Source: Myxococcota bacterium (GTDB lineage: Bacteria > Myxococcota_A > Polyangia > Nannocystales > Nannocystaceae). From it: 64,000 bases of DNA. Each line of letters starts with the position of its first letter. Within the stretch, counting starts at the first letter, position 1. A program made the position numbers and the translations under genes. The stretch lies in assembly GCA_039028615.1 (NCBI GenBank), contig JBCCHT010000050.1, positions 29,183 through 93,182 of the forward strand, in the 5' to 3' direction. This document shows positions 14,769 to 24,633 of this stretch, piece after piece. The notes below the pieces were generated by a model. That model saw nothing but the letters and a program-made list of their open reading frames with translations, was not told where the DNA came from and made no database searches.

Positions 14769-16304
14769 GTGGCCGAGATTGCGGTCAGCGAAGCCGAAGC
14801 GCGCTTCGATCGTCGCCGTCGAGCGATAGGCCTGGTGGCGGCACCGCTGGTCCTGGTGGGGCTCATCGCGTGGCCCATGCCGGGACTGAGCTACGAGGCG
14901 CACATGCTGGCCGGCGTCGCGGCGATGACCGTGGTGCTGTGGGTCACCGAGGCCATCCCGCTGGCGGCCGCGGCTCTGCTCGGCCCCTCGCTCGCGGTGG
15001 TGCTCGGCGTGGCCAATGCCAAGGTCGCCCTGGCGGCGTTCGGCGATCCGCTGATCTTCTTGTTCCTCGGCGGCTTCCTGCTCGCGTCGGCGCTGTCTGG
15101 CCAGGGTTTCGATCGGCGCGCCGCGTTGTGGCTCGTCTCGCGACGCTTCGTGGGCGGCTCACCCACGCGGGCGCTTTATGCCGTGGGGGCGATCGGCTTC
15201 GCCTTCTCGATGTGGATCTCCAATACGGCCACCACCGCGATGCTGATCCCGGTGGCGCTGGGCCTGTACCAGACGGTGAAGCGGGTGGCCCCGGGTGACG
15301 AGGAGACCCGGCGCCAGCTCGATCGCTACGGCGGCGGCATGTGCCTCGCGCTGGCCTACGCGTGCTCGATGGGCGGCTCCACCACGCCGATCGGCACCGC
15401 CCCCAACGTCATCGCCGTGGCCATGCTCGACGAGCAGACCGGCACGACCATCGACTTTGCGACCTGGATGGCGCTGAGCCTGCCCGTGGCGCTGGTGATG
15501 ACCGCGATCATCCTGGTGATGACCGCCCGGGCCTTCCCCGCCCCGGTCGCACGCGTGGAAGGACTGACGGCGGAGGTCGAGCGCCTGCTCGCCGAGCTCG
15601 GCCCCCTGCGCCCGGGTGAGCGCCGCGTGCTCATCGTGTTCGGACTGACGGTGGCGGGCTGGCTGCTGCCCGCCATCCTCAAGCTCAGCCTCGGCGTCGA
15701 GCACCCCTGGGCGATCTGGGCGAAGGCATCGTTCAACGAGGGCGTCATCGCGATGGTCGGGGCGTGCTCGTTGTTCATGCTGCCCGCGAGCAAGGCCGAG
15801 CCGAACGAAGAGGCGCCGCGGCTGCTCACCTGGGACATGGCCCAGAAGATCGACTGGGGCACGCTGCTGCTGCTCGGCGGCGGTTTTGCCCTGGGCAAGC
15901 TGACCTTCAAGACCGGCCTGGCCGAGGCGATCGGCCGCGGTGTGCTCGACCTGGCGGGCCCCATCGCCCAGCACCCGGCGGGCCTTCTGGCGGCGGCGGT
16001 CCTGCTGGTGATCTTCCTGACCGAGGCCACAAGCAACACGGCGACCACCAGCATGATGCTGCCCGTGATCATCGGCATCGCCCAGGCCAGCGGCTTCCCT
16101 CCCGTGGCCACCGCGATCACGGTGACGCTGGCCGCGAGCTATGCCTTCATGCTGCCCGTGTCCACGCCGCCCAACGCCATGGCCTACGGCACGCGCCTGG
16201 TTCGGCTGGACTCGATGGTGCGGGTGGGCTTCCGCTTCAACCTCATCGGCTTCGCGCTGCTGTCCGCGCTGGGGATCGGCGTGCTCCAGGCCGTGTTCGG
16301 CTGA
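14769..16304 (+). CDS. SLC13/DASS family Na+-coupled dicarboxylate/sulfate symporter
   Basis: WVTEAIP, SMWISNTATTAM, TPIGTAPN, TSNTAT, FMLPVSTPPNA; GTG start inferred. Confidence 0.92.
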   Translation: MAEIAVSEAEARFDRRRRAIGLVAAPLVLVGLIAWPMPGLSYEAHMLAGVAAMTVVLWVTEAIPLAAAALLGPSLAVVLGVANAKVALAAFGDPLIFLFLGGFLLASALSGQGFDRRAALWLVSRRFVGGSPTRALYAVGAIGFAFSMWISNTATTAMLIPVALGLYQTVKRVAPGDEETRRQLDRYGGGMCLALAYACSMGGSTTPIGTAPNVIAVAMLDEQTGTTIDFATWMALSLPVALVMTAIILVMTARAFPAPVARVEGLTAEVERLLAELGPLRPGERRVLIVFGLTVAGWLLPAILKLSLGVEHPWAIWAKASFNEGVIAMVGACSLFMLPASKAEPNEEAPRLLTWDMAQKIDWGTLLLLGGGFALGKLTFKTGLAEAIGRGVLDLAGPIAQHPAGLLAAAVLLVIFLTEATSNTATTSMMLPVIIGIAQASGFPPVATAITVTLAASYAFMLPVSTPPNAMAYGTRLVRLDSMVRVGFRFNLIGFALLSALGIGVLQAVFG

Positions 16305-16316
16305 CCGCGAACGGCC

Positions 16317-17198
16317 TCAGCTCGGGCACGCGGCGGCCATCTGGGCGAACGCATCGAGGATGTCCGGCCAGGCCCCGCGCGGCAGGTCGTGGCCCATGCC
16401 TTCGACCCGCAGCAGTCGGGCATCGGGCATGACCTCGGCCGTACGCACGCCGCCGCGGAAGGGCACCAGCGGATCGGCGCTGCCGTGCACCACCAATGCG
16501 GGCACGTCGAGGCGAGCGAGCGATGCCCGGCGATCGGGGGCGGCCAGCACCGCGGTGATCTGTCGAGCGAAGCCCCGTGGCGAAGGCCCCCGCTCGAAGT
16601 GCAGGCCCGCGCGCTCCCGCAGCCCTGGTTCATCGAACAAGAACCCCGGGCTGCCCACGCTGCGAAAGAACTTCACCCACGAGTCCTCCGCTTCTCGCCG
16701 AGTGGTGGGTGCCTTGCGAAACAAGGCCTTGGCCGCCTTGGGATGAGGCACCAGCGAGCGGCGATCGCCCGGGCTCGACATGATGGAGGTCAACGATCGC
16801 ACCCGTCGCGGGTGCCGAATCGCGACGAGCTGGGCGATCATCCCGCCCATCGACGCGCCCAGCACATGCGCCCGCGGAATCTCCAGAGCATCGAGCAGTC
16901 CCGCCGCGTCGTCGGCCATGTCCTCGAGCCCGTAGGGCGCCCGCACCCGCTTGCCCGCGGCCCAGCGGGCGACCTCCACGGGGAAGCGCGGCACGCCGAG
17001 GTGATCGAGTCGCGTCGAGTACCCCGCATCGCGGTTGTCGAATCGCACCACCCGAAAGCCGCGATCGACCAGGCCCTGACAGAACTCTTCGGGCCAGAAC
17101 ACCAGCTGCGCGCCCAGGCCCATGATCATCAAGACGGCCGGGCCCTCCCCCGCGGATTCGTAACAGAGTTCGATTTCTCCGACGCGGGCCTGGGGCAT
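16317..17198 (-). CDS. Alpha/beta fold hydrolase
   Basis: IMGLGAQL, RFDNRDAG, nucleophile elbow GASMGG, HGSADPLV, GMGHDLP. Confidence 0.93.
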   Translation of the reverse strand: MPQARVGEIELCYESAGEGPAVLMIMGLGAQLVFWPEEFCQGLVDRGFRVVRFDNRDAGYSTRLDHLGVPRFPVEVARWAAGKRVRAPYGLEDMADDAAGLLDALEIPRAHVLGASMGGMIAQLVAIRHPRRVRSLTSIMSSPGDRRSLVPHPKAAKALFRKAPTTRREAEDSWVKFFRSVGSPGFLFDEPGLRERAGLHFERGPSPRGFARQITAVLAAPDRRASLARLDVPALVVHGSADPLVPFRGGVRTAEVMPDARLLRVEGMGHDLPRGAWPDILDAFAQMAAACPS

Positions 17199-17385
17199 GG
17201 GGCCGAGCTTCAGGGGACTGGTGGGTGTCGTCAAGCACCGCGCCGCTCACCGTCGACATTGCTCGCACAGAGGGCGTCCGGTCGCGAGATCGAGTGCTGT
17301 CACTTTCCACGAGAGCCCCTGTTCGTGCCCAGGTGAAACTAACTTCCCCCCGGGTCTCGGGCCCCGTCGGGCATGGTGACACCCG

Positions 17386-18477
17386 ATGCGGTGGATGGTT
17401 TCGCTCTCGGGTCTGGTGGTGGCGTGTTCCGTGGAGACGAACGATCCAGTGTTCGACCCCGCCGGGCTCGGCGATGACGACTCCACGGGGACGACCCCTA
17501 GCATCACCGCGGCGGCCGAGGGCTCCGCCACATCGGAAACCACGACCGCCCCGTCCTCCGGTGACGGAGTAGACGAAGGCTCGGGGGAGACGGACTCGAT
17601 CCTCCTCGATGTCGGCAGCACGCTCGACCTCGACCCCGGAGGCAAGGGCGGTGGTGAGGGCTGCGAGAAGATCGACTTCCTGTTCGTCATCGACAACTCC
17701 AACTCCATGTCGGACGAGCAGGCCCAGCTCGTCGCGGCCTTTCCCGGCTTCGTCGATGCGATCGTCGACACCCTGCCCGATGCCACCGACTTCCACGTGG
17801 GCGTGACCCGAACCGACGTCCAAGGCTTCGACGATACGCCCACCCCCGACCCCAGCAATCCCTGCGCCTACGTCATGGGCGGGCTGCTCAGTCATGGGAC
17901 CGAGCCGGACGACCACAGCGGGCTCGGCCCCGACTGCGGCTTTTCTTCGGGTGCCAACTACATGGTCAACTCCCCGTCGCTCACCGCCGAGTTCGAGTGC
18001 GTGGCCCCCGTGGGCACCCGCGGCAACACGGGCGAGCGACAAGCCGAGGCCACCCTCGCCGCGCTCTCGCCCGCCGCCGCCCAGGCCAGCGAGTGCAGCG
18101 AGGGCTTCCTGCGCAGCGACGCGCTGCTGGTCGTGGTCGTCATCACCGACGAAGACGACGACTGGAGCGCCCCCGACACGAGCCCCGCCGTCGACGTGCA
18201 GGCCTGGACCGACGAGCTCACCGCCGCCAAGGGTGGGATCGAGAGCAACGTGGTGTTCCTGCTCATCTCCGGGGGCTCGCCGTCCTGGGACACCTGCGGG
18301 CCGCTCGACTTCGGCAGCATGACCGGCGCCGACGACAGCCCCAAGCTCACCGCCTGGGCCCAGAACTTCAGCAACCACGTGCTGGGCAACGTCTGCGAGG
18401 CGGGCTACGAGGCCTATCTGCAGACCGCGATCTCCACCATCGAGACCGCCTGCATCGACTTCGAGCCCGAGGGTTGA
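17386..18477 (+). CDS. Myxobacterial lipoprotein with vWA-like domain
   Basis: Lipobox VVAC, Ser/Thr/Gly linker, KIDFLFVIDNSNSM (DxSxS), FLRSDALLVVVVITDEDD. Confidence 0.85.
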   Translation: MRWMVSLSGLVVACSVETNDPVFDPAGLGDDDSTGTTPSITAAAEGSATSETTTAPSSGDGVDEGSGETDSILLDVGSTLDLDPGGKGGGEGCEKIDFLFVIDNSNSMSDEQAQLVAAFPGFVDAIVDTLPDATDFHVGVTRTDVQGFDDTPTPDPSNPCAYVMGGLLSHGTEPDDHSGLGPDCGFSSGANYMVNSPSLTAEFECVAPVGTRGNTGERQAEATLAALSPAAAQASECSEGFLRSDALLVVVVITDEDDDWSAPDTSPAVDVQAWTDELTAAKGGIESNVVFLLISGGSPSWDTCGPLDFGSMTGADDSPKLTAWAQNFSNHVLGNVCEAGYEAYLQTAISTIETACIDFEPEG

Positions 18478-18562
18478 GGCGCTGATTCCGCTCCGCCCAT
18501 GGAGTGCAAATCAGGCCGCGAAAGGCCGTAACAACGCCCCGGTCGATCCTGTTCTTTGGCCG

Positions 18563-20419
18563 ATGGCCTCGTCTCCGCGCTCCCGAGCATCCCTGGTCGC
18601 CGTCACCGGATTGTTGGCCCTGGCAACCTGCCAAGACGAGGGCCTGCCGCCGTGCAACGCGCCACATGGCGACTGCCCGGTCGCCAGCACCGAGACCTTC
18701 GTCGACCCCCTGGTGCACGTGGGTCGAGCCGCCGGCCCCACCTTCATCGAGATCGTCGACGTCGTCACCCACGGCGACCTGGTGCTGGCGTGCACGGGCA
18801 CCAAGGGCCTGACCATCTGGGACGCCTCGGGCGATGGCGCGCCCCGACTGCTGTCGGAGAAGATCGGTCCCACCCACCAGGGCCTGGCCAACGGCAGCTT
18901 TCCCCGCTGCCAGCACGTGTCCGTCGACCCCACGGGTACTCGGGTGGTGATCACCAACCGCGGCGACGAGATCCAGCCCACCCCGTGGCTGTGGGTCTAC
19001 GACATCTCCGATCCGCGCAGCCCCGACGACATCGGCGGCTGGACCGACCTCAGCTCGATCGAAGGCGTGGTCTACAACGATGGCCTCGTCTACGCCGCCC
19101 TGCACGGCACGGGCGTGCTCGTCTACCGGGTGACCGAGGCGGGTGGAGTCGACATCCAGGGCGGCTACAAGGACGAGTTCTCCGACGCGTGGCAGCCTGC
19201 CCTGGCCGGCAACCACCTCTACGTGGCCGAGGGCGCGACGGGCCTGCGGATCTACGACGTCGAAAGCGGCGATCCAGAGCTGCTGTCCACTCTGCCGCTA
19301 CCGGGCTCGAGCCGTGACGTGATCGTCGAGGGTGACCGGGCCTATGTCGCCGACTCGGCCGGGATGGCGATCGTCGACATCAGCGATCCTCGCGACCCGC
19401 AGCTGCTCAGCCAGATCGACTCCGACGGCACCTCGCTGGCGCTGGCCATGGGCGCGGACGATACGGTGGTGATGGCCGAGTGGGACCAGGTTCGCGGCTA
19501 CGACGTCTCCGACCCGACCGCGGTGGAGACCGTCTTCGCCGAGACCGTCCCCACCGACGACGAGTTCTCCCGCGTGCTCGCCATCGATGCCGACCGCGAC
19601 CGTCGGCGGGTCTACGCGGGCGAGTGGCGCGGCCTTCAGGTGTTCGACCACGTGTCGGGAGGCCATGGCCCCGACATCTCGATCACGCCCAACGTGCTGC
19701 AGTACGGCCTGCTGACGGGAGGCGAGAGCGACTCGCGGGTGGTGGTCGTGCGCAACCGCGGCGACGTTCCCCTGACCGTGCACGACGTGGTCGGAGGCCC
19801 CGGCGTCACCGTGGACACCGAGTGCTTCCAGGTCCCGCCGGGCGGGGCCACGGCCATCGAGGTCACCTTGCAGGTCAACGACCACGACCAGGTCGACACC
19901 GGCCTGAAGTTCTGCTCGGACGACCCAGACGAGAGCGAGCACGTCGTCTCGCTGTCGGCCAACGTGCCCGGCCTGGGCGTGGGCGACGAGGTGCCCGCGT
20001 TCGCCCTCCAAGATCTCGACGGCAATACTTGGTCCACCGAGCAGCTACGCGGCAATATCGCGGTACTCGCGTATTTCGCCACCTTCTGACCCGTCTGCAG
20101 TCTGGAGTTTCCAGACCTCGAAACTCAGATCTGGCAGCGCTACGAGGACCAAGGGGTCGTCGTCTTGGGCATCGCCGGGGCGGGCCTGTTCGGCAACGAG
20201 ACCTCCGCGACCCTGGCCGCCTTCGTCGAACAAACCGGAATCACGTTCCCGGTGCTTCGAGGGGATGCCTCGTACTTCGACTACGCCAACCCGGACGGGG
20301 CCATCTCCCCCTTCCCGCTGGACGTGATCATCGATCGAGAGGGGCGGATCCGCTACCTGCGCCACGAATTCGACGGAGACGCGATGACCTCTGAAATCGA
20401 GCGTCTGCTGGCCGAGTGA
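18563..20419 (+). CDS. Putative selenoprotein: lipoprotein with LVIVD repeats, Ig-like domain and C-terminal TlpA/redoxin domain with U-x-x-C (Sec at TGA 20087-20089)
   Basis: ORFs 18563..20089 and 20165..20419 are in the same frame, separated by a single TGA. Read-through gives GDEVPAFALQDLDGNTWSTEQLRGNIAVLAYFATF-U-PVCSLEFPDL...GVVVLGI...ITFPVL...FPLDVIIDREGRIRY, a complete TlpA-like fold. A SECIS-like hairpin follows. Confidence 0.85.
20100..20116 (+). promoter_or_regulatory. Candidate bacterial SECIS element
   Basis: GTCTGGA-GTT-TCCAGAC: perfect 7-bp stem starting 10 nt after the UGA; the loop begins with GU, 17 nt after the UGA. Confidence 0.72.
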
Positions 20420-20618
20420 GCCCCGCAGGCCGCCCCACGGGCGGTGGATCGACCGGGGCCGTGATGCAAGCGACCACCGCGTGTGGAGTCTCGGAGCCGA
20501 CGGGGGTCCCCGGAGGCCATTGAGGCTGGCCCCAGGGCGGGCGGGGGTGATATCTCAAAACCCCGGCCGCGCCCCCTTACGGGTGCTTTGCCGGCCCCCA
20601 CGGAGGAACCCGGCCCAC

Positions 20619-21776
20619 ATGTCCAGCGACTTCATCGTGTTCGGCAGCCCGCTCATCGGGCCAGAGGAGATCGAGGCGGTCACCGAGACCCTGCGCACCT
20701 GCTGGCTGGGCACGGGTCCCCGGACCAAAGAGTTCGAAGAGAAGATCGCCGAGTACACCGGGGCCAAGCACGCGATCGCGGTGTCCTCGTGCACCGCCGC
20801 CCTGCACCTGTCGCTGGTCGCCCTGGGCATCGGCCAAGGCGACGAGGTCATCACCACTCCGATGACCTTCGCCGCCACCGCCAACTCCGTCGCCCACACC
20901 GGGGCGACCCCCGTGTTCGTCGACTGCCAGCGCGACACCCTCAACCTCGATCCGGCCGGGGTCGAGGCGGCGATCACCGAGCGCACCAAGGCCATCCTCC
21001 CCGTGCACTTCGCGGGTCGGGCCCTCGACATGGACGCGCTCACGGCCATCGCCAAGAAGCACGACCTGCACCTCATCGAGGATGCCGCCCATGCGCTCGA
21101 GACCCGCTACAAGGGCAAGACCATCGGCCAGACCGGGGGCGACACCGCCTGCCTGAGCTTCTACGTCACCAAGAACATCACCACCGGTGAGGGTGGGATG
21201 CTGCTGACCAACGACGACGAGATCGCTCGCAAGGCTCGGGTCTTGTCGCTGCACGGGCTGTCGGCCGACGCCTGGTCGCGCTTCAGCGACGCCGCGCCCA
21301 AGCACTACGAGGTCGTCGTTCCCGGCTACAAGTACAACCTCACCGACATTGCCTCCTCGCTCGGCCTCATTCAGCTCAGCCACATCGAACAGTGGCTGCC
21401 CAAACGCGACGCGCTGTGGGAGCGCTACAACGAGGCCTTCGCCGATCTGCCGCTCATCGTGCCCGCCCCGGTCGAGGCCGAGACCCGGCACGCCCGGCAC
21501 CTGTACACGCTGCTGGTGACGGACGACGCTCCCGTCGATCGCGATGGCTTCCGCGAGGGGCTGCACACCGAGGGCGTGGGCACGGGCATCCACTACGCGC
21601 CCCTGCACCGTCACCCCTACTATCGCGACCGCTTCGGGCATACCGACGAGCAGTTCCCGAACGCGTCGTTCATCGGTTCGCGTACGTTCTCGCTGCCGCT
21701 GTCGCCCAAGGTGACCGACGAGCAGGCGGACCGCATCATCGCCGCCGTCCGCAAGGTCGCCACGGGCGGCAAGTAG
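20619..21776 (+). CDS. DegT/DnrJ/EryC1/StrS family PLP-dependent aminotransferase
   Basis: SSCTAALHL, PVHFAG, IEDAAHA, SFYVTKNITTGEGG, GYKYN. Confidence 0.95.
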   Translation: MSSDFIVFGSPLIGPEEIEAVTETLRTCWLGTGPRTKEFEEKIAEYTGAKHAIAVSSCTAALHLSLVALGIGQGDEVITTPMTFAATANSVAHTGATPVFVDCQRDTLNLDPAGVEAAITERTKAILPVHFAGRALDMDALTAIAKKHDLHLIEDAAHALETRYKGKTIGQTGGDTACLSFYVTKNITTGEGGMLLTNDDEIARKARVLSLHGLSADAWSRFSDAAPKHYEVVVPGYKYNLTDIASSLGLIQLSHIEQWLPKRDALWERYNEAFADLPLIVPAPVEAETRHARHLYTLLVTDDAPVDRDGFREGLHTEGVGTGIHYAPLHRHPYYRDRFGHTDEQFPNASFIGSRTFSLPLSPKVTDEQADRIIAAVRKVATGGK

Positions 21777-21964
21777 GGCCGTAGAGCCCCGAAGCCCGCG
21801 TTCGCGCGGGCGCGCGGTCGACCCGGCCTGCCACGCCGCCTCCGTGCAGGTCTCGCCGAGGCCGGCCTGCAATTGCCGCACGGCCATCGCCGTCGAGCCG
21901 AGCGCAATCCTCCGAAAGATCAGCGATCGGCCCCCTGTGCTCGCTTCTTGCACATCGTCGGGGC

Positions 21965-22714
21965 ATGCGAACGTCGTGGTTTCGATTGTCGGTGCTGATC
22001 TTGGGCCTGTCCTCCGCGAGCTGTGGGGATTCCGAGGAGCTCGACCCCGCCGATGCCGAGCACGCGGACGCCATCTTGCTGGGCATGTGGGCCGACGACG
22101 TCGACATCGACGTCGGGGCGGAGGCCATCGTGTTCTCGAGCGACGGCGTTCCCAACCACGACGTGCTCGAGGCCTATGCCCTCTCCGATAGCTCCACCAT
22201 CCAGGTCGTGGCGAGCGACACCACCGTCAGCGTACCCGTGAGACCCGAGTACTCCAGCACCACCACCGCCACCGGCCTGGGGACCATCGGCTTCGCCATC
22301 AGCGGCGCGGTGTTCTTCAACCCCTACGAGGGCGACGGCGTGAGCGTGGCGGTGGACAACAACTTCGACGTGGGTGGCGTGCCCTTCATCGACGCCTGCA
22401 ACGGGCACCCTCTACCGCCCAGCGGCGGGAGCTACCACTACCACGCCATTCCCTATTGCATCACCGACGTGGTCGACACCGCGGGTGCCCACTCCTCGCT
22501 CATCGGTGTGCTGCTCGACGGCTTCCCCGTCTATGGACCCAACGGCGAGGGAGGCACCGCCCCCAGCGACCTCGACGAGTGCAGCGGCCACGACGGGGCG
22601 ACGCCGGAGTTCCCCGACAGCGTCTACCACTACCACCTCACCGAGACCTCGCCCTACAGCATCACCTGCTACCACGGGACCGTGGACGCAGGGGGCAACA
22701 CCGGACGTCCGTGA
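21965..22714 (+). CDS. YHYH domain lipoprotein
   Basis: Signal ending SASC; DACNGH, YHYH twice, DGFPVYGP, DLDECSGH. Confidence 0.9.
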   Translation: MRTSWFRLSVLILGLSSASCGDSEELDPADAEHADAILLGMWADDVDIDVGAEAIVFSSDGVPNHDVLEAYALSDSSTIQVVASDTTVSVPVRPEYSSTTTATGLGTIGFAISGAVFFNPYEGDGVSVAVDNNFDVGGVPFIDACNGHPLPPSGGSYHYHAIPYCITDVVDTAGAHSSLIGVLLDGFPVYGPNGEGGTAPSDLDECSGHDGATPEFPDSVYHYHLTETSPYSITCYHGTVDAGGNTGRP

Positions 22715-22741
22715 GGGCGCTACCGAGACGCGAGCGACGGC

Positions 22742-23455
22742 TCAGCTACGCACGTAGGTCCCGAGCAGCTTGTCGGCGAAGGGGAACGTGACGTTGAAGT
22801 TCGCCTTCGTCATGTGCTCGAGCTGATGATGGTGGTGGTGATGCGCCCGCAGGGAAGCCAGCGCGCGGCTACGACCCCACCGGGTGCGATCGAGCATCGC
22901 CTGCGGCAGGTGATGCAGCGTATGGATCAGCTCGTAGAGCAAGAAGTAGCCCACCGCCGACACGAGGAACACGCCGGCCAGACCCGGTCCCCCGATGAGC
23001 CCGGCCGCAACCGCGATGGGTGAGGCGCCCGAGAAGATGATGATGAGCGTGTACCAGGGCATCATCACCAGCGACAGATCCTGCACCTGGCGAATCTCCT
23101 GGTGCTGCCCCGTAAACGCGCGGTGATGAATGATCGCGTGCTTTTTGTAGAGCACCCGCGGCTGCAGCGGCTGGTGCATGGGGTAGCGATGGGTGGCCCA
23201 CTCGAAGACGTTGGCCACGAGCCAGAACACGGGCATCGCCAGCCATAGCCACGCCGAGGTGCCCAGGGTCAGCCACACGCCCAGCGCGGCGATGAGCGAC
23301 GCGATTCCGAACGTGCGGGTCAGGTGCACGGCCAGGGTGAACGAGGGCTCGATGTGCTCGTCACGCTTGCGAAGAACGCGCTCTCTCGACTGAGCGTCGC
23401 GCTCCTGCCCGGGCGCGATTGGTTCTTCGAGGCCGCGTCGCGTGCCATCGAGCAT
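22742..23455 (-). CDS. Fatty acid hydroxylase / sterol desaturase family membrane protein
   Basis: His boxes EWATHRYPMH, HAIIHH, YELIHTLHH, HHHHHH; NFNVTFPFADKLLGT. Start uncertain. Confidence 0.85.
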   Translation of the reverse strand: MLDGTRRGLEEPIAPGQERDAQSRERVLRKRDEHIEPSFTLAVHLTRTFGIASLIAALGVWLTLGTSAWLWLAMPVFWLVANVFEWATHRYPMHQPLQPRVLYKKHAIIHHRAFTGQHQEIRQVQDLSLVMMPWYTLIIIFSGASPIAVAAGLIGGPGLAGVFLVSAVGYFLLYELIHTLHHLPQAMLDRTRWGRSRALASLRAHHHHHHQLEHMTKANFNVTFPFADKLLGTYVRS

Positions 23456-23555
23456 GCATTCAGCATGACCTGCATACCCCCGACTGACCAGTCGTTCAAT
23501 CTAGGCAATCGTCCCACGAGCGGGACGGCGCGGGGGTCTGAAGCCCCCTCGGGAG

Positions 23556-24467
23556 CTAGGCCCCCGGGCGCGAGGTCATGGCCGCGGGTCGATGGCCGGC
23601 TTCATAGATCCGGCGTGGCGGCGGCTTGAGATCCCAGACCAGACCGACCCAGCTCATCGCGAGGAGGATGTAGTAGGTCATGTCGATCTCCCACCAGAAG
23701 AAGCCCTGACGGCAGGAGCTCATGGTGTGGTGGTGGTTGTTGTGCCAGCCCTCGCCCATCGTCAGCAGGGCGAGCACCCAGTTGTTGCGGCTGTCGTCGG
23801 TGGTCTCGTAGCGGCGCTTGCCCCAGATGTGGGCGAGCGAGTTGATGGTGAAGGTGCCGTGCCACAGCACCACCGTGCTGAAGAAGAACCCGATGAAGTA
23901 GCCCCACCAGCCCAGGAAGTACAGGCAGCCCAGGGCGAGGATGGTGGGCGGCAGCAGCCAGAAGCGATCGAGAAACACCAGCTCGGGATAGCGAGCGAAG
24001 TCTTTGATGCGCGCGGGGTCGAAGCCTTCGTTGTCGTCGAAGACCCACATGATCTGCGAGTGCCAAAAACCCCAGCGCACGGGCGAGTGCACGTCGCGAT
24101 CGGTATCGGCATGGCGATGGTGGTCGCGATGCTGGGCCGCCCACCACAGGGCGCCGCGCTGCGCCGAGCAGGTCGCCCCGAACGCGAACAAGAACTGCAC
24201 GAAGCGGCTGGTCTTGAAGCTGCGGTGCGAGAAGTAGCGGTGGTAGCCCGCGGTGATGAAGAACATCCGCACCCAGTACAGGACCACGGCGAGGATCCAC
24301 GCCGAGGCGGGTGCCCCCATGAGGATGCCCGCGACCGCCCCACCGATGCCCGCCACGTGACAGGCACCGAACTTGGCCATCTCCGACCACTGGTACTCGC
24401 GAGCGGACATGGCGATGCGACCCCGGGCGCGGGGCGGTGGTGCAGGAGGTAGCTCGAAGAGCTTCAT
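23556..24467 (-). CDS. Acyl-CoA (delta-9) fatty acid desaturase
   Basis: GYHRYFSHRSF, WWAAQHRDHHRHADTDRDVHSP, INSLAH, GEGWHNNHH. Start may be 24410. Confidence 0.94.
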   Translation of the reverse strand: MKLFELPPAPPPRARGRIAMSAREYQWSEMAKFGACHVAGIGGAVAGILMGAPASAWILAVVLYWVRMFFITAGYHRYFSHRSFKTSRFVQFLFAFGATCSAQRGALWWAAQHRDHHRHADTDRDVHSPVRWGFWHSQIMWVFDDNEGFDPARIKDFARYPELVFLDRFWLLPPTILALGCLYFLGWWGYFIGFFFSTVVLWHGTFTINSLAHIWGKRRYETTDDSRNNWVLALLTMGEGWHNNHHHTMSSCRQGFFWWEIDMTYYILLAMSWVGLVWDLKPPPRRIYEAGHRPAAMTSRPGA

Positions 24468-24633
24468 GAAATCGTCAGCCCAGGCTAGGGGTTCCCCCGG
24501 AGTTTAAAGCCGGTTGGGAGGGGAGAACACTGTGAAGTGGGAGTCCCCACCGATGCCCGACTTGTTCAAATCGAGAGAAGAATTTCCGAGATTTCATCCC
24601 CGGACCCACCTCCGTGAAAACTCACGGTTCGAC

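Noticed and set aside
20087..20089. Genome-wide UGA=Trp/Gly recoding
   Set aside because: Many clear genes here end in TGA at their natural C-termini (e.g. atpB, narK), and this TGA aligns with a catalytic Cys position.
20165..20419. Separate 84-aa gene
   Set aside because: It is only the second half of a thioredoxin fold, in frame with the upstream ORF, with a TTG start and no clear RBS. Better explained by UGA read-through.
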